A DNA stretch of 64,000 nt from the human T2T-CHM13v2.0 reference genome, Homo sapiens: the NCBI RefSeq assembly GCF_009914755.1, contig NC_060935.1. One strand, 5' to 3'. Shown one piece after another: positions 28,681 to 41,835 of this stretch. The notes beneath the pieces are model-generated. The model ran no database searches. It saw only the letters and a program-made list of their open reading frames with translations, and was not told the DNA's origin. Every line of letters begins with the position of its first letter. The stretch's first letter is position 1. The position numbers and the translations under genes are program-made.

Positions 28681-30944
28681 GTGTGTACCTTTCACCTGAC
28701 TGCTTGTGTATCCTTACACAGAATACATAATAGCACAGTGGTATAATCTCTTGTAAGGTAAGTATCATCCTAGATACACCTTCTTGGGTTGTTAGTCATT
28801 CCTGCATTTAAATTAGCAAGATCTAGAAGATTTTTGACCCTTCAGTGAGTCCTAATAGTGCATGTATTATAAGAGAGAAAGTGAATGCAAATGTACTGCC
28901 TCATGGTTCAGTGTTTTATTCTTTTGGATAGGTGATTAGATGATTTCACTTTTATCTTTTTTTTTTTTACCTCTAAACAGTCTATTTTATAAATGCTGTT
29001 ATTGTGACCACTTTTTGCACTGGAAAGTACTTTGTTTTGGGGGGATTGTTTTGATCCATACACTTTTAAAATTGGTAAAAGCACCTCTGGTTTTTATGAC
29101 AAACAGTCCATATTTTTAAAAGAAGCATCCCTACTTTAAATATTTAGTTTAAAAAATATACATTGTAGTAGCACAGATAATTCAAAGAATCAAAACTGTA
29201 ATCACCTTAATTATTCATATACTGAGTATCTGATTGGAGGATTAGCTAAGATTTTCTCATTCCATATGTCATCCATTTCTTAATTGCTTTTTTATAATTT
29301 TTTAATTGTATTTTATCTATACATATGTGTATTTACTTATACGACAGGAAAATAATGGAAAGACTTAAGTTGATATTTAAAATTAAAGTGCTCAGAAACA
29401 TTTATTTGAACCTACCATGTGCCAGGGGAAGCTTTCAAAGCTAAATAAGATATCTTTAAACAATAGAATTTCATTATGTTTTATGTTTTGGTCTTATTTA
29501 TGTTGTTATTAAACTGATGGTGGCTTGTAGCTAAAAATCAGTTTTTTAAAAGCTTTTCTATACTTCTAAGATAGTGCTACAAGTATGGTTTAGTCCTCTG
29601 GCCTCTAGGATGATTGATTCCTTTTGATTTTTTCTCCTACCTTTATATGGCTATTAGGAAATAACCAGCAATAAATTATGGAATCAGTCAATGGAGATAC
29701 AAAGCAAGCATCTAAGTAAAAGACCTTTTCTGGGTAGCGTAAGATCAAGTCTCCTTTCTGCTACTGTTTTTCATAGTCGGCTTCCTGAGTATATTTGAAA
29801 AGTTTTTTAGATGTTTAGTACTACTTTTTTAAATGGCCATCTAGGTGTATTAAATGAGCTTTGGTTTGGATGGCTAGTTTTGGTTTTTATTTTTTAACCT
29901 TATTTTGCTTTAATTGGCAGTTCAAAGTAGAAATGACATACTGAAAAAATCATTGAAAAACTAACATTTGTCTTTCAATGACTGATTTCCTAACTAATTT
30001 TTAAATACTCGCATTTCTCTGACAAAATATACTAGGGAAATATTTGGTAGTCCCAAGTGATATGGACTATTTTTTATACCTTATTTATTAAAGTATTTTT
30101 ATGAAAATTTTTCCATATATACATTTAGTTTAGTTTTTAACATATTAATTGAATATTGAGGAAGCTAAATTTTGCTATATTAAATCTTATATTTGAGTAT
30201 TCAGCAAATATAATTGCTCAGCTAAATCTTTATGTCATTATTTATTCACCTGCTGATTTGCCACCACTCTCTTAAGTATATTAATAGACAAAGTAATGGA
30301 GTGATTTGGAGGATACTTCTGGGGATGTGAACAATATCACATTTCTAAATGGAATTCTCCAAAGGTAGTATCCTCCACTGATGATACATGGGTGGTAGTA
30401 GTGGTGGTGGTTCAGTGGGAATTGGAAGTTGCAGCTATGAAGCAGTATGTGAGCAGGTTTATAACACACATGCGCTAATAGGGCTTGCGGAAGAGAACTT
30501 AAAACTTTCTAGACTTTGCTGGAATCTCTTGAGGGAAATTACAGCAGGTGAAACTACCCAAGATAGGGGTTCTAAGGAGGATACTACCTTCGGAGAACTT
30601 TAGTTAGAGGTAAGTGATTTCTCATTATTTTCTGAATTTAAATCTATAACCTAACTCTTCTTAGTCCACAAATATCATCATACAGCATCTAAAATTGGTT
30701 ATATGTCACTGCTTGCCATTTTGTATTTTGTTAACTGTGTATGTTTCAAAAAGAATTTGACATGCTTTAAAAAGAATTGGAATTATGGATTGCAAAAATC
30801 TGGTTAAAAGAGGTACCATAAAATCACTCATTGAGATTATATAAAATTGGCCTGAATTTTAACTGGACTCTCTTAAAATTATTATTCTACCTTTTTTAGT
30901 GGACTGGTATTTTTGTCTTATTTAATATATTAGATATAGACGTA

Positions 30945-31325
<381 letters not shown>

Positions 31326-31406
31326 TTAGTGTGCCACAATATTATGGGTTTAATTTCAGATAATTAAGAGTGAGGTCTTTTAAAAATTGAAGGGTTTTTC
31401 TTTTTT

Positions 31407-31570
31407 TTCTCTCTCTCTTTTAAAAAATTTATTAAATATTTATTTCTTTTTTTAGAGATGGGGTCTCGCTGTGTTGACCAGGCTGGTCTCAAACTCCTGG
31501 CCTCTAGCAATCCTCCTGTCTCAGCCTCTCAAAGTGCTGGGATTTCAGGCATGAGCTACCACGCCCAGCC
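31407..31570 (-). mobile_element. FLAM/free left Alu monomer (antisense)
   Basis: single arm plus T-rich tail; 16-bp TSD AGGGTTTTTCTTTTTT at 31391 and 31571. Confidence 0.88.
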
Positions 31571-33231
31571 AGGGTTTTTCTTTTTTAAACCTTCATCTAA
31601 AATGTCCAATTTCTGGAGTTGTTTTATCTTTATGGTCAAATAAATTAACTTGCAAATAATAGGTAGGATTAAAATAGGACTGAAAGTAGCACTCATCTAA
31701 CTTATTATAATATCCACAATCAATTTTTATGGGTTTTTTTTTAGTATGATAACAGGTTATTTTTATAATGAGTGCTGGGAGACTTCTGCAGTTTAAAAAA
31801 TAAGCTCCCGTAAAGTAGGGAGGTCAAAAAAAGCCTTTTATTATAATAATTTCTTTTTTCAATAGATTTTTAGTTATTGTAACTGATATTTGTTAGATTT
31901 CTGATCTTCATTTTACTCATCCAAGTACGGAATCAATATTGAAAGGCTCTTCTGCCATTCTGTATATCTCAGATTGAGTTCTGTTCAATACTAGTCTGTA
32001 AAAGGATTTAGTAGATATTTTGGGGAAGGTGTCCTTGATTAAATAGATTTGGGAAACTATAACAATAATCCTCTTTGGAAATATCACAGTGCATATTATA
32101 TTTTAAATGCCCCAGTGATTCCTGTAGTTGAGAAGTTTGTTTAAATGTGTTTAACCTAGCATTTTCTTTCTCTGTGGGACATCTGTTAATATCTCAAGAG
32201 ACATTAGGATTCTGAGGAACATAATATGGGAAGCTCTACATTAGATTAAGGTGATTTAAGAATGTCACTACTTTGTTTATATTTGTGTCCTTGGGATGTT
32301 GAGAGGGAGTGAGAATACTAAAATATGTGTTATAATTTCCTGTTGTTTTACATATTTTTTATTAATCCTGAAAAATTAATATCAGCTGAAGAATTACTTG
32401 TAGTAATCTTTAAATAATTTTGCTCTTAATGACTTATTAGATAGTTAGAACCTTCTATGTTCACTGACTAGATCAAAGTAACTTTGACTATGCTTATTGC
32501 CAACCCCATGTGAGAATGTATTAAATAAGGAGATAGTTCTAAGTATATTCTAGTAATACATAGAAATTAGAAATATTAACTTTTTGTTTGTTAATTATGA
32601 AAGCATAATTTATAAATTAAAGAAAAACAATGTAGCCTCATGTTTGACATTATCTAAGGAAGTGCTTTTTTATTTAACAGTAAAATTTTAGACACTGTCT
32701 TTTTATTGGTGTATTTTGTCATACAACATTTATTTAGGGCCTACTCTATGGCAGACACTGTTCTAGGCCATTTTCTTTTAGGATACTTTTATTCTATTGT
32801 TCATTACGTACATTTAAATACCTGTTTATTATGACAAAAACGTGTTCAAAGTTTGATCAGGGTTTAGCTGCATAATTTCATATAGTGCCTTTGGAGAAAT
32901 AAGATTATATAAAAGACTTGTTTCCTAAGTAAACATAGTTTAATGATTGTTTTAAAGTTTTGAATGGAAAATTGTGAAATTAGTAAGTGTGAAATCAAAA
33001 GCATTTCAACTATTTACACAAGTTTATATTATAAGTCTTACCCTGACATAACAGGTGGTTTGGACATTCTTACATGGGTGACTCAGCCACAGAACTCATT
33101 TGGGTGAAGCAGTGGTCCAAATTTGTCCAAATATGTAAGCATCAGTTAAAGAAAAATCTCTTCCACAGACTCTACCCTCATTTTTCCAGGAATGTGTATG
33201 GTTGGACATAGTGGGAACAAGTTTAAAAAGT

Positions 33232-36200
33232 GGGGACTTCTGCTTTCAGGAAGATGGAGTAGATGTACATTGCCCTATTCCTCCCACTAAAACAACTGAA
33301 AACCTTGAGCATTATATGTAAAATAAACATAAGAAGACTGAAAGGTGGAGAGAAGGCATACACACTAGGGACCTCAGCACCCAAGGAATAACACGGTGGT
33401 GAGTTCCATGGGTTTTCTTTTTGCCTAATATATCCCAGGCTTGGAACTGAAGAAGCTGGCAGCCTGGAAACAGCAATGGGTACAGACTGAAAAACCCTGT
33501 TCTCTTTAACTGAAGGACGAGGAAAAAGACAGCCTAGCAAGCCAGAAAACTTTTAGACCATAACTGCTGTGCTCTAACCAAACACCACAGAAAGAAAAGG
33601 CCTTACATCAACTTGTGCCTGCCAGTGCTGAGTGGGGAGCCTAGATTCTCTGTTCCTTCACCACCTCCCAGGGGTAAAGAGGCGAGCCCCTCCTGCTTGT
33701 GTCAGTGTTGGGGTGTAGTACTGAGATACTCCTGCCCTTTACAGCCAAGGTTATATCAGCAGAGGCCTACTGAATACCCAGAATTCCTTTCCCTGCGCAG
33801 CACTAACAAGGAGCTTCCTCCATTCAGATGTCCACATAGGCCAAGTGGGAAACCTGGACTTCTAATGCCATCTGGCACTAATATGGCAGAGCCCTTTCCC
33901 CAGATGGTACAGTGTCAAAGGAGGCATTTAAACTAGAAGGTTTAAATATGGTCCAGAATCTCATAACACCCCAAATGTCCAGGTTTCAATTAAAAAATCA
34001 CAAATCTCAGTTTGAGTTAAAAAAGAAAACCAGTAGACATAAACACTGAAATGACAAAGATGTTAGAATTATTTGATAAATATTTTAAAGCAGCCATCAT
34101 AGAAACACTTCAGTGAGCAGTCCTAAGCACACTGAAAACAATGAAAATTTTAGGGAATCAGTTAGAGATACAAAGAAATGAAAATTTGGAACTGAAAACT
34201 GCAATAAGCAAAATTAAAAACCCAGTGGATAGGCTGAACAGCTGAATGAAAGAGACAGTAGGTCGAATCTGTGAACTTGAAGATAGAATGATAGATATTA
34301 CCCAGTCTAAACAGCAGAGAGAAGATAGACTGAAAAAAATATATATCCTCAAGGACTTATGGGACTATAACAAAAGGTTTAGCACTGTGTCATTGGAATA
34401 CTGGAAGGAGAGCAAAGGTGTAACACTTGTGTCATTAAAGTCCTGAAAGGAGATTAATAAGGAAAAAGAAGGCAGGCACAAAGAAATAATGGATGAAAAT
34501 GTTCCAAATTTAGCAAAAGGCATAAACCTACAGATCTGAGTAGCTGAGCAAACCCCAAACACAATAAGCCAAAATAAATCAGGAATGGCCATATTAGTGT
34601 CAGATAAAGAAGACTTTAGAGCAAAGAAAATTACCAGAGACAGAGAGGGCTGTTACATTGTAATAAAAGTGTCAAACAACCGAGAAGACAACAATCCTAA
34701 ATGTGTATGCAGAAAATAACACAGCTGCCAAAATACATGAAGGAAAAACTGTCATAACTAAAAGGAAAAAGACAAATCTACAATTACAGTTGCAGACTTC
34801 AGCACGCCTCCCTCTCTTACTGATAGGTAGAACAACTAGACAGAAATAGCAAAGAGGTAGAACTCAGCAACACCATCAACCAACAGATCTAATGAACATT
34901 GCTAAAGTGCTTCACCCAACAGCAGCAGAATACACATCCTTTTCAAGTATCCATTAAATATATACGAGGATAGACCATATGCTCTGGACCATAAGACCTC
35001 AAAAAATTTAAAATCATGGAATGTGTGATTTTTTTCAACAACAGTGGAATCAGATTAGCAGACAGGAATATCACAAAACACTTGGGAAATAACACTTCTA
35101 AATGATCCATGGGTCAAAGAGGAAGTCTCAAGGGAAATTTTAAAAATATTTTGAACTTAATGAAAAGTAAAACATAACGAATTTTTTTGAGGCACAACTA
35201 AAGCAATACCGAGAGGGAAACTCACAGTATTAAATGCTTATACTAAAAGACAGGAAAAGGGCCAAATCAGAAATCTAAGCTTCCACCTAACCTGAAAAAA
35301 GAAGAGCAAAAGAAACCCAAAGCAAGCGGAAGGAAGGACATAATAAAGAAAAGCCGAGAAATCAGTAACATTGAACATGAGAAAACAGTAGAGGAAGTCA
35401 ACAAAACAAAGGGCTGGCTCTTTGAAAAGACAATAAAATTGACAAATAGCAAGACTGACAGAGAAAAAGGGAAGGCAAAAATTTCCAGTATCAGGAATGA
35501 AAAGGATATAACTATAGATCTTGCAGATATCAAAGGGATCACAACAAACAACTCTGCACATATAAATTTGACAACTTAGATAAAACGAACCAATTCTTTG
35601 AAAAGAACTCAATAGGAATTAGATAATTTGAATAGTCCTGTAACTGTTAAGGTAATTACATTTATAATTTAAAACCTCTTGAAAGGAAATCTCCAAATCT
35701 TGATTGTTTCACTGGATACTTGTATCAAACATTCGAAGAACAGTGAACACCAGGTCTGTACAATTTCTTTTCAAAAAAAAAGAAAGGAAGAGGAGGAAAC
35801 CCATAGTCCTGTGACACTGTTCTTACCTGATATTAAACCAAGACAGTTCTTAAAAAAAACAGTATCCCTTATATGTGTAGTTGGTAAAATTCTTTCCAAA
35901 ATATTAGCAAATGGAATTAAGCAATTTATAAAAAGAATTATATATTGTGACTAGGATTGATTTCCGGGATTCAAGACTGGTCAGTATTTTAAAAATCAAT
36001 GAGTATAATCTTCCATATTAACGAGCCAAAAAAGAAAATTCATATGATCATATCGATTTAGAAAAGGTGCTTAATAAAATTCAAAATTCACTTATAATAA
36101 CTCAGATTACTAGGAATAGAGGGAAATTTCCTCAACTTGATTAAAAAACGTATCTAAAATATCTATAGCTAACATCATACTTCATTGTGAGAGACTGCTT

Positions 36201-38818
36201 TCTTCCTAGGGAATGGCACGCTTGTCTAGGCAAGGATGTCTGCTCCTACCACTCCTTTTCAGCATAGTCCTAGAAGTCCTAGCCAACACAGTAAGGTAAG
36301 AAGAGGAAATGAAAAGCACTACTAAAGGAAGAAATAAAATTGTCTGTATTTTTAGGTGATATGATTATCTATGTAGAAAATCCCTTGTACAAAAAAAAAA
36401 AAAAAAAAACAACACCTGAACTAATACGTGAGTTTAGCAAGGTAGCAGGATAAAAATAACATAAAAAATAAATTGTATTTCAAGATACTAACAATGAACA
36501 TGTAGAAAGTGAAGTTTAAAATACAATACCATTTATAATTTTGCAAAAAGAAAAAAGATGGAAATCCAACAAAAAATGTACTGGACCTATGTGTTCAAAA
36601 CTACAAAACTTTGAAAAGATTATGTTAAATAAGCTAGGACCAGAAAGACAGATATTACATGTTCTCATTTACATGTGGGAACTAAAAATAAAGCTGATCT
36701 CATGAAGGTAGAGAGTAGAATGGTAGTTACCAGAGGCTGGGAACAGTGTGTTTGAGAGAGGCGGGGATAAAGACAGGTTGGTTAATAGGTACAAACATAC
36801 AGTTAGATAGAATCAGTAAGTTCTAGTGTTTGAGAGCAGATTAGAGTGACTATAGTTAACAATATATTGTGTATTTCAAAATAGCTAGAATAGAAGATTT
36901 TAAATGTTCCCAATACAAAGAAATGGTAAATGTTCAAGGTGATGGATATCCTAAATAGCTTGACTTGATTCTATGCATGTATCAAGTATCACATGTACTT
37001 CATAAATATTTACAGTATTATGTGTCAAAAAAACTTTGAAAAGAATAAATGGAGAAACATACTGTACTTATTAATTGGAAGATTCAATATAGTAAAGATA
37101 ATTACATAGTCTTAATGCAGTTCCTGTCAAAGTCCAGCAAGATTTTTTGAGGACATATACAAGCTTATTCCAAAATGTATATGGAAGCCTAAGAAACTAG
37201 AATAGCTAAGAGTTTTCAAAAATAAAAATAAAGTGGAAGTTACCAGTCTACATGATTTGGAATGGAATACTACTTAGCCAAAAAGACTTATTATATGGCT
37301 ATAGTAATCAAGACTATGTGATATTGGTAGAGGGGTAGGCAAATAGATCCGTGGAGTAGAATAGAAAACCCAGAAATAGATCCACACAAATATGCCTAAT
37401 TATTGACTGAGACACAAAAGCAAGTCAATGGAGGAAAAATGGTGTTTCCAACAAATGGTGATGGAACAACTGGACATCCATATCACAAAAATGAACCTTG
37501 ACTTAAATGACTTTATACAAAAATTAACTCAAAATGGGTCATAAACTTAAATGTAAAATGTAAGACTATGTAACTTTTAGAAAAAACATAGGAGAAAGTC
37601 TTCCAGATCTGGGCTAAGCAAAGAGTTTTTAGATTTGCTACCAAAAGTACAGTCTACAAAAGGGACAATTAGCAAACATTAAAATTAAAAATATTTACTC
37701 TCTGAAAGCCCATATGATAAAGAGAATCTCCAGACATATTTGCAAACTGTCTATCTGACAAAGGACTCATATCTAGAATATATAAAGTACTCTCAAGACA
37801 TCAGTTTAGAAAAATTCATCTAGACAATTGGCAAAAGACATAACATTTCATTAAAGAGGATATACAAATGTCAAATACAGAAAAGATACTCAACATTGCT
37901 GGCTATTAGGGAAATGCAAATTCAAACCATAATGAATATATTATTCTTTACCTGCCAGATGGCTACAAATAATGACAGCATGGAAATCTGGTGACTATGT
38001 GGAGAAACTGTATCACACATACACTGCTGGTGGGAATGTGAAATGTTATGGGTAGTTTCTTATAAAATGACACGTGCAGTTACCATAAACTCTAGCAATT
38101 GAACTATTGGTCATTTATCCCAGAAAAATTGAAATTTATGTTTACATGAAAACCTGTGCACAAATATTTATTCCATCTTTGTTTTTAATATTCAAAACTG
38201 GAATCAGCCCATATCTGCTTCAGTAAGTGAATGGTTTAACAAACTGTGGTTCATACAAACCATGAAATAGTACTTAGCAATAAAAAGGAACAAACTATTA
38301 ATAAACACAAAAACTTGAAAGAATATCCAGGGAATTATTCCGAGTGAAAAAAGCCAATCTCAAAAGGTTATTACATACTTTATGATTCCATTTATGTAAT
38401 ACTTTTGATATGACAACCTTTTAGAACTGTGGGACAGATTAACCATTACCAGGTCTTACGGATTTGGTGGGAGCAGGGAGAGGAGAAGCAGGTGGTTGTG
38501 GCTATAAGAGGGTGGCACAAGTTATCCTTGCATAGGAACTGTTCAGTCTTTTGACGGGTGTTGAATATATGAACCTCTACAGGTGATAGAATTGTATGGA
38601 ACTTAATAGACACATATACACAGGCAAATGAGTGCACTAAAGCTGGGAAAATCTGAATTAGATAGGTGTATGAATGCCAATATCATGGTTATGATATGCC
38701 ATAGTTTTGCAAAATGTTTCCAGTAAACTGGGGGAAGTGTACAAGAGGTCTCTGTATGTTATTTCTTACGATTGCATATGAATTTACAATTATCTCAAAA
38801 GTTTCAATGAAAAAAAAA
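33232..38818 (+). mobile_element. Near-full-length ancient L1 (L1MD-like), sense, with internal deletion and nested L1MA
   Basis: 5'UTR ggggacttctgctttcaggaagatggagtag; ORF1-like (RICELEDRMIDITQS..LKDLWD); ORF2-like (KILSKILANGIKQFIKRII); L1MD-type 3'UTR ending ...caattatctcaaaagtttcaatg(A)n. Confidence 0.85.
36620..37029 (+). mobile_element. 5'-truncated L1MA (L1MA4-like 3'UTR) nested in the L1MD
   Basis: perfect 15-bp TSD AAAACTTTGAAAAGA at 36605-36619 and 37030-37044; L1MA 3'UTR motifs. Confidence 0.88.
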
Positions 38819-39298
38819 GTAGACAGCTTAGGTAAAAGTATATAGGCCTTTTCCTAGTTAAAAAGTAGTAATGTTAAAGTATATATTCGGGAAAGACAGT
38901 TGAATATATTTTTAAGGAAAACATCATGTTCCTGTATATCAGTAGTACCAAAATTGCTTAGTACATCAAAATCAGGAAATAATTCTCAGTGGTGGATCTA
39001 CTTTCTTTTTTTGTTCATGTAAAAATTGAAGTATGGTGTTTTAACACTCATTTCTCTATTCAAAATTAAGTAGATTTTAATTGATGAATAATTCATATGT
39101 ACACATAAATGGTTAAAAAAAGGATTTATAGGCAATACCATTCCTTGCATATACCTTTTGATTGCACTGTGCCTGGATTATTTGCATTAGCTCTAAAATT
39201 GGAATAACCCGTATTGTTTTTGATTGGAGAACTAAGGATGTAAGAATTCTTTATATTCTATCCTGAATTCTGAAAATTATAGTGTAAAAGGATGTGCA

Positions 39299-39425
39299 GG
39301 CTGGGCATGGTGGCTCACGCCTGTAATCCTAGCACTTCGGGAGGTCAAGGCAGAGGATTGCCTGAGCTTAGGAGTTTGAGACCAGCCTGGGCAACGTGGT
39401 GAGATCCTGTCTCAAATAAGTAAAT
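39299..39425 (+). mobile_element. FLAM_C-like Alu monomer
   Basis: single arm; TSD AAAA(G/A)GATGTGCA. Confidence 0.85.
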
Positions 39426-39896
39426 AAAAAGATGTGCAGAATTACATTTTGCATAATATATGGGGAGCAGTAAGATCTAGAATATGAAACTGTTGTCACT
39501 CTGGAATTATCAACATGGTACTCTGACTGAATTAAATATTCTCAAATGAGCAGAACAAAACCTGGTATCCAAAAACTTAAGCAAAGAAATAGATTTAAAA
39601 AACAAAAACAATGCTGTAAGAAATGAAGTGGGAATTCATCAAATTCAGGAAAGAAACAGAAGAAAAAGACAAAAATATCTTAGAAGTGAAGAATAAATTA
39701 AAAAATGCTCAAGAGAAAATAGAAAGAAGATCTAATGAAGGACATTGAATGGAAATGAGATTTTTGTAAAAGTAAAAAGGATCTCAGAAAAAAAAAATTG
39801 AAAGAGAAGACCAGCAAAGGGTGTCCAACATAATTGGAGTCTGTGAAGAAGAAAAATAAAACAGTGGACCAGAACTAATAGATAAACTGTAATTCA

Positions 39897-40287
<391 letters not shown>

Positions 40288-41059
40288 AAGATGAATTGGG
40301 TTGGCATCATATTTCAGAAGAACAACATGCAAATCCTGCCAACAGAGTAGCAATTTCCAGAAATTCAAGAAAGTACCAGCCAAGGATTTGATAGCCAGGC
40401 AAGTGTTTCTTAATTATGACAGCTATAAAAAGACAAGTTTGAATATTCAGGAACTCATTGGGTATTATATCCATGAGCCATTGAGGAGTTCATTAGAGGA
40501 TGAGCTTAACCCAACCAAGAGATCACGGGCAGCTTCGGCAAAAGAACTGTGAGCACTTACTATATTAAATTAAGGCCTAAATACAAGGGTGGGAACACGG
40601 GAACAGCAGAGTAGTATGTAATGTTACATGTTAGACAAAGTACAAATAATACCACTTTTTAGAAGGGGGAGAGAAAGGGAGAGCAGAATAAGATCACAGA
40701 CTGTTGTGTGGGTGGGGAATAAAGGAGACCATTTAAAACTGGCAGACACTGAAAGCTTAAGAAAGAGTAAACAGGGTGGGGGTGGGTGGGAAAAAAAGAG
40801 GTCCAAGGACACTAACAAAACTATAAATGCAAAAGTAACTGTAGAATAAAATTACAAACCTTGCTAAATACCAAAAGAAAATGTAAAAAATAACAAAGGA
40901 ACACAATAAATATTACCTAACACACACAGTAATTACACAGTAGTGACTGAGATAGGACCAAGCATACCAGTCATATCAAATATGAGTGGGCTTAAATTGC
41001 CTATTAAAAAGATTTTCAAGTTGGTTCAGAAAGCAAACATTAAAATTTGATTTAGGCAG

Positions 41060-41835
41060 GAATCTGTAAGTGGATGTTAAAATCAAGGGTGGAAGATTTG
41101 GTAAGGCTCAGGATTTTTGCATGGTCTCCAAGTATCTCCTTACAGATTGCTTATTAGCCGCGAGAGTAAAAATAATAACTATATGGTAGAGAGACTGGAC
41201 AATACCTTGACCAGATAATTAAAGCTAATATCACCAAAGAGAAAGTTAGGTACATCATGGCCTGTGACTATGCTACCCTTAGAAGGGCACATCTTTGCTA
41301 ATGTCATAGTAGCCTAGCAAGGAATGTATAAATCTAATAATGAAGAACATCAGACAAACCCAAATTGCAGAACATTTTATAAAATAAGTGGCCTCCGTTC
41401 TTCAAAAAATATCAGTGTTATGAAAGAAAGGCAAACTCTGGAATGCCTCGAGATTAAAGGAATCTCAAGAGACCAAACAAAATCTGTGGCCTTGAGACAG
41501 ATTGTGTACTAGATGGAGAGAAATACATTGTTAAGGTAATTGACAGAATTGGAATATGGCTGATGAAAGTACTTTATCAGTATTAAATTTTCCAGAGTTT
41601 GATTACTGTTTGTGTAAGAATATCTTTATTCTTAAAAAGTCATATTGAAGTTAAGAGGCAAAGCATGATGAGGTGTGAACCTACTCTCAAATGGCTAAAA
41701 CAAAGATACATAATAATGTTGGGTTGGGCGAGGGAAAGCAAAATTGGCAAAAATGTTTAAAAGTTGATGAATATGAGTAAAGTATTTGAGAGTTCTCTGT
41801 TCTTTAAACTTTTCTCCAAGTTTTAATTTTTTTTA
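41060..41835 (+). mobile_element. Old L1 3' end (L1MC4/5-like)
   Basis: caagtatctcc..acagattgcttatt, aacatcagacaaacccaaattg, aacattttataaaataagtggcct motifs. Confidence 0.65.

Noticed and set aside
30388-30603. 71-aa ORF MGGSSGGG... as a coding exon or microprotein
   Set aside because: In-frame TGA two codons upstream prevents joining to USP47; no recognisable homology; its size is expected by chance.
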